Assembly (NCBI GenBank): GCA_965200965.1
Contig: OZ241744.1
Coordinates: forward strand, 2,400,001-2,464,000
Length of the DNA stretch: 64,000 nt
Direction of reading: 5' to 3'
From: an uncultured Candidatus Binatia bacterium
Lineage (GTDB): Bacteria; Desulfobacterota; Binatia; Bin18
Notes under the pieces: model-generated
What the model was told of the DNA's origin: nothing
The model's database searches: none
What the model saw: only the letters and a program-made list of their open reading frames with translations
Position numbers and translations under genes: made by a program
Shown: positions 9,771-17,494 of the stretch, piece after piece
Layout: each line of letters opens with the position of its first letter
Position numbering within the stretch: the first letter of the stretch is position 1

Positions 9771-10257
9771 AATGAAAGAGTATAGAAGGGGTGAACTTAT
9801 CCCAAAGGACAGTTTTGGGAAAGAAAGTGATTTATTGGAGGACCTCCGCGCTGCTTTTGGCGAGGATTATGTTCTTTCAGTCAGTGCAAAGAGAGATGTG
9901 GGGGTGTTTGACACCTTTATCATTACAGAAGGAGGACTTGTTCCAGTTGAATTAAAATTGGAGCACGAGGCCCTTACTCGGTTTTGCCTTCAAGACAATC
10001 AACGTCGTTTTGCTTGGCTTTGTCAAGAAAAAGGTGTTCCATACTTGGTGTTGAAGGGTAAGGCCAAAACACAAGAATGGATAATGTTCAACGTGGACCG
10101 ACGCCGTTGGGGTGAGGATGTCAAATTGGAAGAAGGCAAAACAAGAAAGAAGCTTCGTGAACGCCTGCATGACCTGTACACCATTGCCTATGAAGGAGTA
10201 TGGCAACGGAAGAAGGAAGAGTGGCAAGAAGAAATGAGGAAGACAAACGGACAATAA
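9754..10257 (+). CDS. Putative PD-(D/E)XK nuclease (VRR-NUC/resolvase-like)
   Basis: GVFDTFII..GLVPVELK..LQDNQRRF motif; AT-richer; upstream AGGAGA. Confidence 0.55.
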   Translation: MKKAGEMKEYRRGELIPKDSFGKESDLLEDLRAAFGEDYVLSVSAKRDVGVFDTFIITEGGLVPVELKLEHEALTRFCLQDNQRRFAWLCQEKGVPYLVLKGKAKTQEWIMFNVDRRRWGEDVKLEEGKTRKKLRERLHDLYTIAYEGVWQRKKEEWQEEMRKTNGQ

Positions 10258-11005
10258 AACTGAACAACCGACGAGGGAGGCAGGACTGCCCAAGATGGGA
10301 AAGGGTTAGGAGTATGAAGGGTTCAGCACAATCCTTCACCCTGGCGTTGCTGATACTTGGCATTTAGAGGGGCATAGCGGATTGATGTTTGACATATTTT
10401 CGCTATCATGTGGTGTAATAGTCCTGTAAGGTCTTCATACACAACACTGATGAACGCGCCATGCCGGTCAAGCAGAAGATGGAAGCCTACCCGGGAAACC
10501 CTCCCCCAATACTTGGCATTGCTGTTTGGCATTCACCCCATCTATGGCCTGGGGGGGTAAGGCTTGGGGACCCCCGCTAGACCGTGGACATGCTTAGGGC
10601 GGAAGCCGACCGGCTCCGGGCCAAACTCCGGGATTTTGCCGACGAGCTCATCAGCAAGGCCCACGCCCTGAAAGAGAGCCTGGAAGATGCAGCAACGGAA
10701 GAGTAAGCGGCTCAACGCGGCTCTCCGGCTTATCGTCCTGGCGCTGATGTTGCCGGGGGGTGTCTCGGTTCGGCAAAGCCGTATCGAGCCGGGTATGAAA
10801 AAGGCGGTCCTGACTGCCGAGCTTGGCCCGACTTTGTCAGAGGTGCAAAACCCGGATAGAACGACGACAGCAACCTTTGGCTTTCCCCGGACAGCCCAAA
10901 CAGTCAAGGTCATCTTTGACGCAAACGGGAATGTCCTATCGTTTCCCCTCACCCCTAGCCCCTAACCCCGGCTCCGGCTGGATTCAAGACAAGAGAGGAA
11001 AATCT

Positions 11006-12445
11006 ATGACTTGGCTAATGCTGGCTTTGATGCTGGCTTTGAGTAGTCCGTCCGCCTTTGGGCAGCTTCCGACGGGCTATTATTCTTCCTTCTATGCCAC
11101 AAGCAGCCCGTCACAACGCGTTAGGGAATATCTAGCTAGCGGAACGACTACCCCTTTCTCTGTCATTCACTACCGGCGCGGACCTGGAGACCTGGAAATC
11201 TTACGGCAAGACGTGCTGGAAGAACCGTTCTACGGCACAACTGAATATATGGAGTACATCAACAGCTTTGCCCCCTGCTCACGAACTTCTTGCCCAGACC
11301 CCCGCCCAGAAACCCATTGCCCTATTATGCGAGGAGGCGACCCGACAAACCCCTTCATGCCCTCCGGTGTGTATTATTGGGGCGGGCCAAAATGCACAGA
11401 ACGCCTTGACCCTGACGGGCGAAACTTGACGTTCATTGTATGTTCAGAGTTTCCAGAGCACGCCGGCATTCACCTGCATTGCAAAAAAGACATGAACCTG
11501 CCCATACAATGCAGCAAGCCATTCGATCGGTTGTGTGATCCATACCCGGAGCCCGAGCCGGTTATTCCGCCCGCCTTTGGGCGGCTTCCGACGGGCTATC
11601 ATGCTTCCTTCTATGCTACCAGCAGCCCATTCAAGTCTGTTCGGGATTACCTGAGCGGAGTAACATCAACTAAGCCGTCTTCCCGCACAATTGAAGCCGA
11701 GGCTAATGAACTCATTTACAGCCTTCACCCGGTTAGTCAGCACTATTCCGGCTGTGGCTACAAAGTAGTAGGAAAGCGACAAACCTTTCCTCATGGGGTG
11801 TATTATCTTTCTTGCCTTGGCGGATACATTGCCGGGATTTATTGCAGTGAATGGCCGGAGCACCAAGGCATTCACCTGCATTGCACTAACGATTTACACC
11901 TTACCCCGCGGCGCATTATCCCGGAATGCTCGGCTCGAACCTGCCCACCATGCGCGACAAGCAGATGCCCACCTGCCCAACCCTGCCCCGACACAAACCC
12001 AAACCGATACACGGCTGAACCCGTGGGCAACCTGGAGGTCCCTAGCGACGGCTCATTCCAGAGCGGGATAGGCTATGTGTCGGGATGGGTATGTGAAGGC
12101 CGTTCTGTCTCAATCGTTATTGACGGCGGTCTGCACCTTCCGCCGGTAGCCCGGAATATCGCCCGCGGTGATACCGAAGCCGTATGCGGAGACCAAGACA
12201 ACGGGTTCATCTTGCAATGGAACTATAACTTGATGGGGGATGGAACCTATACGGCCGCCCTTGTCGTAGACGGACAGACCCTTCAAGAAAACCGCTTCAC
12301 CGTTACCACGCTCGGCGAGGAGTTCATTAGAGGGCTAGAGCGGGATGTTGATGTAACGGATTTTCCAGCCCCCGGAGAGATTACCCGGTTCAGGTGGCAG
12401 GAAGCCGTGCAAGGTCTTGTCTTGGTTCCAGGCTCGACGGACTAA
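11006..12445 (+). CDS. Secreted Cys-rich protein, two tandem variable N-domains plus conserved C-terminal domain (paralog 1)
   Basis: Signal peptide MTWLMLALMLALSSPSAFG; internal repeat LPTGY..SFYATSSP / CSE.PEH.GIHLHC; C-domain GNLEVP..GSFQSGIG..SGWVC. Confidence 0.85.
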   Translation: MTWLMLALMLALSSPSAFGQLPTGYYSSFYATSSPSQRVREYLASGTTTPFSVIHYRRGPGDLEILRQDVLEEPFYGTTEYMEYINSFAPCSRTSCPDPRPETHCPIMRGGDPTNPFMPSGVYYWGGPKCTERLDPDGRNLTFIVCSEFPEHAGIHLHCKKDMNLPIQCSKPFDRLCDPYPEPEPVIPPAFGRLPTGYHASFYATSSPFKSVRDYLSGVTSTKPSSRTIEAEANELIYSLHPVSQHYSGCGYKVVGKRQTFPHGVYYLSCLGGYIAGIYCSEWPEHQGIHLHCTNDLHLTPRRIIPECSARTCPPCATSRCPPAQPCPDTNPNRYTAEPVGNLEVPSDGSFQSGIGYVSGWVCEGRSVSIVIDGGLHLPPVARNIARGDTEAVCGDQDNGFILQWNYNLMGDGTYTAALVVDGQTLQENRFTVTTLGEEFIRGLERDVDVTDFPAPGEITRFRWQEAVQGLVLVPGSTD

Positions 12446-12502
12446 GCCCAGCAACGGACAGCCCCGGCTCTGCCCAGCACGGCCGGGTTCAGCAAGGAAG
12501 GA

Positions 12503-13561
12503 ATGGGAATGAGGCAGATTTTTATCTTGATGGTGGTGTTGGCCTTGGCTAGTCCGGTCTTCGGACAGATGGCCAACACACCCCCGCCCTATGACATAAC
12601 CACGGCCGCGGCGGCAACGGGGCGGCCAGTATTGATATCACCTTCGGAGACTGCCCCAAGTGTGGGGAAACCCTACCGACAGAACCAGACTACATGGCGA
12701 CGAGCTTGGCAGGGCATACCCCCGCCCTATGACATAACCGCGGCCGCGGGCTATCGGGAATGGGCTATCCGTTCGACAGTGGCTTTATGCAAAGACCCCT
12801 CGGCACCCAGTGGCCTAATTAGTCCCCCCTGGCTCTCTCCAGTAGATGACCTGTCCGACGCAAGGTTTATTTGGGAATTTGTCCACCAAAACGCAGGCTA
12901 TACCTTGCTGACTAGTTGCGGCGGCACCCTCTTTGTATGCAACACACAGCCCCCATACGGGGATGTCGCGGCGCTGGCGACTGCAATCGAAAGGCCGGGC
13001 TTTTCATGCGCTGACTATGGCTTGCCACCTACCGGCGCGACGGTGAACCGCGCGGCCCTCCCCGCTGGCTATAACCAGTATGGCGAGCCGGGGGCAGAGC
13101 CTGAACCCGAAACCCCACAAGAACCCGTGGGCAATCTCGAGGTGCCTGCTAACGGCTCATTCCAGAGCGGCATAGGGTATATCTCCGGCTGGGTATGCAA
13201 CGGGCGTGTGGAAATAGTCCTGAGCGACTATTCCTATAACGATGTTCAACGCCTTAATTCGGTGCCCCGTTGGGTGTACCGCGGCGATACCGAAGCCGCA
13301 TGCGGCGATATCGACAACGGGTTCATTACGCAATGGAACTGGAACCTGCTTGGGGAAGGGCAACACACCGCGCGGCTTGTCGTAGACGGACAGACCATTC
13401 AGAGCAACACGTTCACCGTTACCACGCTCGGCGAGGAGTTTGTCCGCGGTGTTGAGCGGGATGTAGTGGTGAATGATTTTCCTAGCCCCGGAGAGACTAC
13501 CCGGCTCCGGTGGCAAGAACCCGTGCAAGGCTTTGTCTTGGTTCCAGGCTCGACGGACTAA
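12503..13561 (+). CDS. Secreted protein with conserved C-terminal domain (paralog 2)
   Basis: Signal peptide ..LALASPVFG; repeated PPPYDIT; C-domain 13121..13561 homologous to paralog 1. Confidence 0.85.
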   Translation: MGMRQIFILMVVLALASPVFGQMANTPPPYDITTAAAATGRPVLISPSETAPSVGKPYRQNQTTWRRAWQGIPPPYDITAAAGYREWAIRSTVALCKDPSAPSGLISPPWLSPVDDLSDARFIWEFVHQNAGYTLLTSCGGTLFVCNTQPPYGDVAALATAIERPGFSCADYGLPPTGATVNRAALPAGYNQYGEPGAEPEPETPQEPVGNLEVPANGSFQSGIGYISGWVCNGRVEIVLSDYSYNDVQRLNSVPRWVYRGDTEAACGDIDNGFITQWNWNLLGEGQHTARLVVDGQTIQSNTFTVTTLGEEFVRGVERDVVVNDFPSPGETTRLRWQEPVQGFVLVPGSTD

Positions 13562-13688
13562 CGGATAGCCCAGCAAAAGCCGCCCACGTTGCCCTAGGAC
13601 GGGCGAAAAGCCTTCACCCCTAGCCTTACCCCTACCCTATTGTTTCTTACCCGGGGTAGGGCTAGGGCAAACAAGCAAGGAGGCTCGC

Positions 13689-13889
13689 ATGCCTATCAAG
13701 AAAAAGAAGACCCTCAACTTTGACGTGTCGGCCGACATAATCAACACCATCAAGCACATGGCAGTTGACCGGGAAACCAACGCCGCAACGTTGTATCGGC
13801 AGGCATTGCAAGAGTTCATAGAACGGCATAACCCCGGCGCTTTGAGCAAGCCACGGGGAAAGAAGGCGGCCGAAAGGGCGGCCGAGTAG
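13689..13889 (+). CDS. Ribbon-helix-helix (CopG/ParG-like) DNA-binding protein
   Basis: KTLNFDVS..IINTIKHMA..ATLYRQALQEFIE strand-helix-helix pattern; AAGGAGG RBS. Confidence 0.7.
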   Translation: MPIKKKKTLNFDVSADIINTIKHMAVDRETNAATLYRQALQEFIERHNPGALSKPRGKKAAERAAE

Positions 13890-13920
13890 GCAGGAACTCG
13901 CCCGGCCGTAAGGAAGACTG

Positions 13921-14343
13921 ATGAAGAAGGCCCTGATACTAGCCCTCGTCGGCTTAGCGACCAGATGCTCGGTTCAGAAGCCCCCGCTCACATATGAGAG
14001 CGTAACCCGCCCAGAGCTCGCGGAGCTTCGGAATCAGTCTCACGCGCCCTTATCCCCGGAATACACCAAGGCGGCCCGTGCCTATGAGCGAGAGCGGAGG
14101 GACGGGGAAGAAGCAGAACGGGCGGCAGGTTGGCCAAGGCTTACCCATGAAACGCTTGAACAAGCCTTCCAGGATGCAGAACAGAAGGCACAAGCACAGA
14201 AGCCTGAAATGGAACGGCAGAAGAAATGCGCGGATGCTTGGCAACGGGCTTACAGCCCTAACGCCCTAAGAATGCACACCGAAGCCGCTATGCGAAGCCG
14301 CATTCACTCCGGGCGATATTGGGTTCAGCATTGTCTCGACTAA
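13921..14343 (+). CDS. Hypothetical exported protein/lipoprotein
   Basis: MKKALILALVGLATRC signal; AAGGAAG RBS. Confidence 0.6.
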   Translation: MKKALILALVGLATRCSVQKPPLTYESVTRPELAELRNQSHAPLSPEYTKAARAYERERRDGEEAERAAGWPRLTHETLEQAFQDAEQKAQAQKPEMERQKKCADAWQRAYSPNALRMHTEAAMRSRIHSGRYWVQHCLD

Positions 14344-14393
14344 CCCCACTACCCCGGCTCCGGTCTGAGCCGGGTTCAGCAAGAGGAAACGGA

Positions 14394-14795
14394 ATGCACA
14401 AAACCATCTACCCCTTAGCCGCGGCCGTAGCGTTCAGCTTGGCAGGATGCGCTACCATCTTCACAGGAACGACAGAGACGATATCAATCAACACGGAACC
14501 GCCTGGGGCAAAGGTTGAGTTTTCGCATGGTGGAACCTGTATCACCCCATGCAACGAATCAGTCAAGAAGAAGGGCGACATTCAACTGACTATCAGAAAG
14601 GAAGGATGCCGCACTCATACAACGACGATGATTTCAACGCTTGGTACTATGGGCGGTGTTTCCCCGATGCTTACCCTTACGGGCGGGCTGATTGATTACA
14701 GCACGGGCGCTGTTTACGAGCACAAGCCTAACCCGCTCTTTGTTCACCTTGACTGCGAGCCGCCCGCGGCTTCGGCTTCCGGCTCGGAGGAGTAA
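14394..14795 (+). CDS. PEGA-like lipoprotein
   Basis: Lipobox LAGC; CATIFTGTT..I.INTEPPGAKV..C.TPC; GLIDYSTGA.Y..PNP. Confidence 0.75.
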   Translation: MHKTIYPLAAAVAFSLAGCATIFTGTTETISINTEPPGAKVEFSHGGTCITPCNESVKKKGDIQLTIRKEGCRTHTTTMISTLGTMGGVSPMLTLTGGLIDYSTGAVYEHKPNPLFVHLDCEPPAASASGSEE

Positions 14796-14798
14796 AGA

Positions 14799-15671
14799 AT
14801 GGCCCGGTTCTTTTCACTGGCTATCACCCTTTTTCTTTTCACCACCGCAACGGCCCAGGAATATGACCCATCAACACCGGAAGGCTACCGCGAGCATATA
14901 CGCCGTGCCTTTGCTCATTTTTGCACCGCCGGATGGGACTTTTTCGACGGCACGGAGATCCCTCTCTCTCCCATTCTTACCGTGTTTGAACCGGAATACA
15001 AATGGGAACTTGTATGGGAAAGCACCCCAAGTCAGGGCTTGGTGTTGGTGTCTGACTGTTTCAGGTCCTCCGATATCTGTTTTTCAGAGGAGGAAGCCTT
15101 TGGTTTTGGTGGTGGTAATCCGGGTAATACAGGAACGGCGAGAGACACGCACACCTGCCGCGAGCTCGACCTTCCGCCCCAAAGCGCAAACCTTACTCCC
15201 CCCGCTGGTTATAGCTACTGGGGGGAACTGCCGGGAACTTTCACCACCCCAGAACCAACCGGAAACCTTGAAGTGCCTGGCAATGGTTCCTTCCAGAGCG
15301 GGATAGGCTTCATGTCCGGCTGGGTATGCGACGGGCGGAATGTGGAAATAGTCCTGAATGGCGGTGCTCAACGCCTTTCGGTATCCCGTGGGGTGAACCG
15401 AGGTGATACCGCGGCCGCATGCGGCGATACCGACAACGGCTTTATCACCCTCTGGAACTGGAACTTGCTTGGGGAAGGGCAACACACCGCGGCGCTTGTG
15501 GTAGACGGACAAACCATTCAGAGCAACACCTTCACCATTACCACCTTGGGCGAGGAGTTCATCAGAGGGCTAGAGCGGGATGTTGTGGTGAATGACTTTC
15601 CAGCCCCCGGAGAGACTACCCGGTTCAGGTGGCAGGAATCCGTGCAGGGGCTTGTCCTGGTTCCAGACTAA
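14799..15671 (+). CDS. Secreted protein with conserved C-terminal domain (paralog 3)
   Basis: Signal peptide ..FLFTTATAQ; C-domain 15252..15671 homologous to paralogs 1 and 2. Confidence 0.85.
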   Translation: MARFFSLAITLFLFTTATAQEYDPSTPEGYREHIRRAFAHFCTAGWDFFDGTEIPLSPILTVFEPEYKWELVWESTPSQGLVLVSDCFRSSDICFSEEEAFGFGGGNPGNTGTARDTHTCRELDLPPQSANLTPPAGYSYWGELPGTFTTPEPTGNLEVPGNGSFQSGIGFMSGWVCDGRNVEIVLNGGAQRLSVSRGVNRGDTAAACGDTDNGFITLWNWNLLGEGQHTAALVVDGQTIQSNTFTITTLGEEFIRGLERDVVVNDFPAPGETTRFRWQESVQGLVLVPD

Positions 15672-15703
15672 AATAGCGGCCTTCTTGCCCTACTGGCGTA
15701 AGC

Positions 15704-15732
15704 CGCCATCAGCCGGGCTTGGGCTGATGGCG
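15704..15732. terminator. 11-bp-stem hairpin between convergent genes
   Basis: cgccatcagcc-gggcttg-ggctgatggcg. Confidence 0.5.
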
Positions 15733-15857
15733 TGGCCAAGGCGGGCTTAGGCAGTGAAAAATGACGCATAAAGCCAATCTTTGCGCCGAAAGGGGTGTCT
15801 ACGGCGTAAACGCTTCCCTTCTCCTCTTGCTGATCCAGCTCTAACGCTAGGGCGGGG

Positions 15858-16088
15858 CTAGGGGTTAGTCCTCACCGCGCCTGCTTCATCTTCATCATAA
15901 ATGCCGAAGTCAGACTCAAACTGCGCCATGATGTTGTCTGCCTCTGCATGATTGCCATTGTACATGGCTTCGTCATAGCTGGAATTGGCACTCTGCGCAC
16001 GCTCATAGCTTCTACACAAAGAGCAGGACTCACTTGTCAGCCCGCATTCTCTGTAGTAGTGCTCGGCCAAAAACATGATATTATTCAT
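15858..16088 (-). CDS. Small acidic hypothetical protein
   Basis: 76-aa ORF with upstream GGAGAAAGG RBS and a promoter-like element. Confidence 0.55.
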   Translation of the reverse strand: MNNIMFLAEHYYRECGLTSESCSLCRSYERAQSANSSYDEAMYNGNHAEADNIMAQFESDFGIYDEDEAGAVRTNP

Positions 16089-16161
16089 GGCAGAACCTTT
16101 CTCCCTTTCAGGGATTTGAGGGTTAATGAAAAACTAACCTATTGTTCATTGGGACGTATCC

Positions 16162-16190
16162 CCCATATCACAGGCGACTAGGCTTGTCAA
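16162..16190 (-). promoter_or_regulatory. sigma70-like promoter
   Basis: TTGACA-N17-TATGGG with an upstream TG on the minus strand. Confidence 0.45.
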
Positions 16191-16192
16191 GA

Positions 16193-16264
16193 ATGCACAA
16201 AACATTTAACCCCTTGGCCGCGGCCATAGCGTTCAGCTTGGCAGGATGCGCTACCATCTCCTAA
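16193..16264 (+). pseudogene. Isolated duplicate of the lipoprotein signal peptide of 14394..14795
   Basis: MHKTFNPLAAAIAFSLAGCATIS* vs MHKTIYPLAAAVAFSLAGCATIF; DNA nearly identical. Confidence 0.85.
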
Positions 16265-16366
16265 CCCCTAGCCCATAAAAAAATCCGCCCAGAATGCCCT
16301 AGAACGGGCGAAAACGCTTCACCCTTAAACCCCCATACCCTGCTTGACACGCTCCGGGGTAGTGGG

Positions 16367-16478
16367 GTAGAGCACCCGTGTAAGGATGTTCTTTCCTTGT
16401 GATGTTTTTTCATTTTGGCCGGCACTTACGCACGGCAACCTGTAGAGCATCCGTGTAAGGACATTCTTTCATTGTGAT
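16367..16478 (+). repeat. Two 37-bp direct repeats separated by 38 bp
   Basis: gtagagca(c/t)ccgtgtaagga(tg/ca)ttctttc(c/a)ttgtgat at 16367..16403 and 16442..16478 (33/37 identical). Confidence 0.9.
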
Positions 16479-16509
16479 AGCCTCGGCCTTCCCGGCCGGG
16501 GCTATTTTT
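16477..16509 (+). terminator. Intrinsic terminator
   Basis: atagcctcggcc-ttccc-ggccggggctat followed by a T run. Confidence 0.75.
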
Positions 16510-16555
16510 ATGGCGAAAATCCTGCTAGTTGGCCGGGTTAGACGCCGAGGAGGGC

Positions 16556-16652
16556 AAAAAAAGCCGCCGGGGAATCCATGCTAGGAAAACCCGGCGGCCT
16601 AACCCCTACTCTTACCCTAACCAAGAAAGGGTTTGTTCAAAAGGAACGAACA
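16556..16652 (-). ncRNA. Putative antisense (countertranscript-like) RNA 1
   Basis: Minus-strand TTGACA(16687-82)-N17-TATCCT(16664-59); terminator stem 16563..16598 followed by T7. Confidence 0.65.
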
Positions 16653-16709
16653 ATGAGTAGGATATCCCACTCTCAGACCGCTGTCAACACCGAAGCCCAG
16701 AGAGGGCAT

Positions 16710-16794
16710 AAAAAAAGCCGCCGGGCTGAACTTGTCAGAAAGCCCGACGGCCTAACCCCTACTCTTACCCTAACCAAGAAAGGGTTTGCGTTGT
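16710..16794 (-). ncRNA. Putative antisense RNA 2
   Basis: TTGACA(16829-24)-N17-TATCCT(16806-01); terminator stem 16717..16751 followed by T7. Confidence 0.65.
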
Positions 16795-16851
16795 ATGAGC
16801 AGGATATCCCACTCTCAGACCGCTGTCAACACCGAAGCCCGGAGAGGGCAT

Positions 16852-16945
16852 AAAAAAAGCCGCCGGGAAACCCTGCGAGGAACCCGACGGCTTAGAACCC
16901 TTACCCGTACCAAAGGAGAAAGGGTTTGTTCGAAAGGAACGAACA
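16852..16945 (-). ncRNA. Putative antisense RNA 3, covering the leader/RBS of the HTH gene
   Basis: TTGACA(16980-75)-N17-TATGAG(16957-52); terminator stem 16859..16891 followed by T7. Confidence 0.6.
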
Positions 16946-17404
16946 ATGAGCCTCATAACCAACTCTGCCCACACTGTCAATACCGACGCCCAACCCTTCC
17001 AGCCCGACGAGTACATCCCCGGCTATGCCAGTAACCTATTACGCCGGTCAGAGTATTTCTTTGCTCTCGGGGTGCTGACAACGGGTTCAGCCTCGTTCTT
17101 TCCTGGCCGGGCCAAGCTGGCCAAGGGCTTGGGGTGTTGTGAGCGGACAGTCAGCCGCGACGTGACACGCCTGGAAGCCCTCGGCTACTACCGACGAGGG
17201 GGGCAAGACTGCCCCCGGTTTGGAGAGTTTGGCGGGATGCTCATTCTACCCGGGCCGAAAATGTGGGGGCTGATACGGGATACGGTGGCGGCGCTCATAG
17301 ACCGGGGAGGCTTCCGAAAAAGCCCGAAAAATAGCGGCTCCGGCCGAGGGACACGCAAAGCCCACTATCCCCATCTTTATACAAAGATGGTTAGGAAGAT
17401 ATAG
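16946..17404 (+). CDS. HTH protein, replication-initiator-like N-terminus (possibly truncated)
   Basis: FFPGRAKLAKGLGCCERTVSRDVTRLEALGY resembles the HTH_36-type winged HTH of phage/plasmid Rep proteins. Confidence 0.65.
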   Translation: MSLITNSAHTVNTDAQPFQPDEYIPGYASNLLRRSEYFFALGVLTTGSASFFPGRAKLAKGLGCCERTVSRDVTRLEALGYYRRGGQDCPRFGEFGGMLILPGPKMWGLIRDTVAALIDRGGFRKSPKNSGSGRGTRKAHYPHLYTKMVRKI

Positions 17405-17494
17405 ATGGTGTCTGCCTCCACGAACGCGGGCGTTGCCAGCGTTGCCACGAACCCCATTGTTGCCAGAGCTTTCTTCATGTCGTTCCCTTTCTTG

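Larger units (their letters stand above)
16550..16991. repeat. Three tandem ~142-152 bp units
   Basis: Units start at 16550, 16702 and 16844 with gagggca(t)aaaaaaagccgccggg and end ..ctgtcaa(c/t)accga.gccc. Confidence 0.95.
9750..17470. mobile_element. Degenerate plasmid/phage-satellite-like island (no integrase seen)
   Basis: GC drop, PD-(D/E)XK gene, RHH regulator, HTH Rep-like gene with antisense modules, paralogous cargo, internal repeats; boundaries approximate. Confidence 0.65.

Noticed and set aside
10323-10532. Vsr endonuclease fragment (MPNSNAKYW)
   Set aside because: Resemblance is limited to about 9 residues.
4925-15671. Diversity-generating retroelement linking the RT to the paralogous secreted genes
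   Set aside because: Differences between repeats do not look adenine-specific, the shared part is the constant domain, no avd-like gene is seen, and the RT lacks DGR-like features.
10951-15671. Canonical integron
   Set aside because: No tyrosine recombinase, and the hairpins are too short and lack clear attC L/R boxes.
16367-16478. CRISPR array
   Set aside because: Only two imperfect repeats, the spacer pairs with the repeat, and there are no cas genes in the window; kept as a candidate regulatory RNA.
16578-17034. ORFs 16578..16853 and 16786..17034 as real proteins
   Set aside because: They are translations of the tandem repeat running through terminator hairpins; short leader peptides cannot be excluded.
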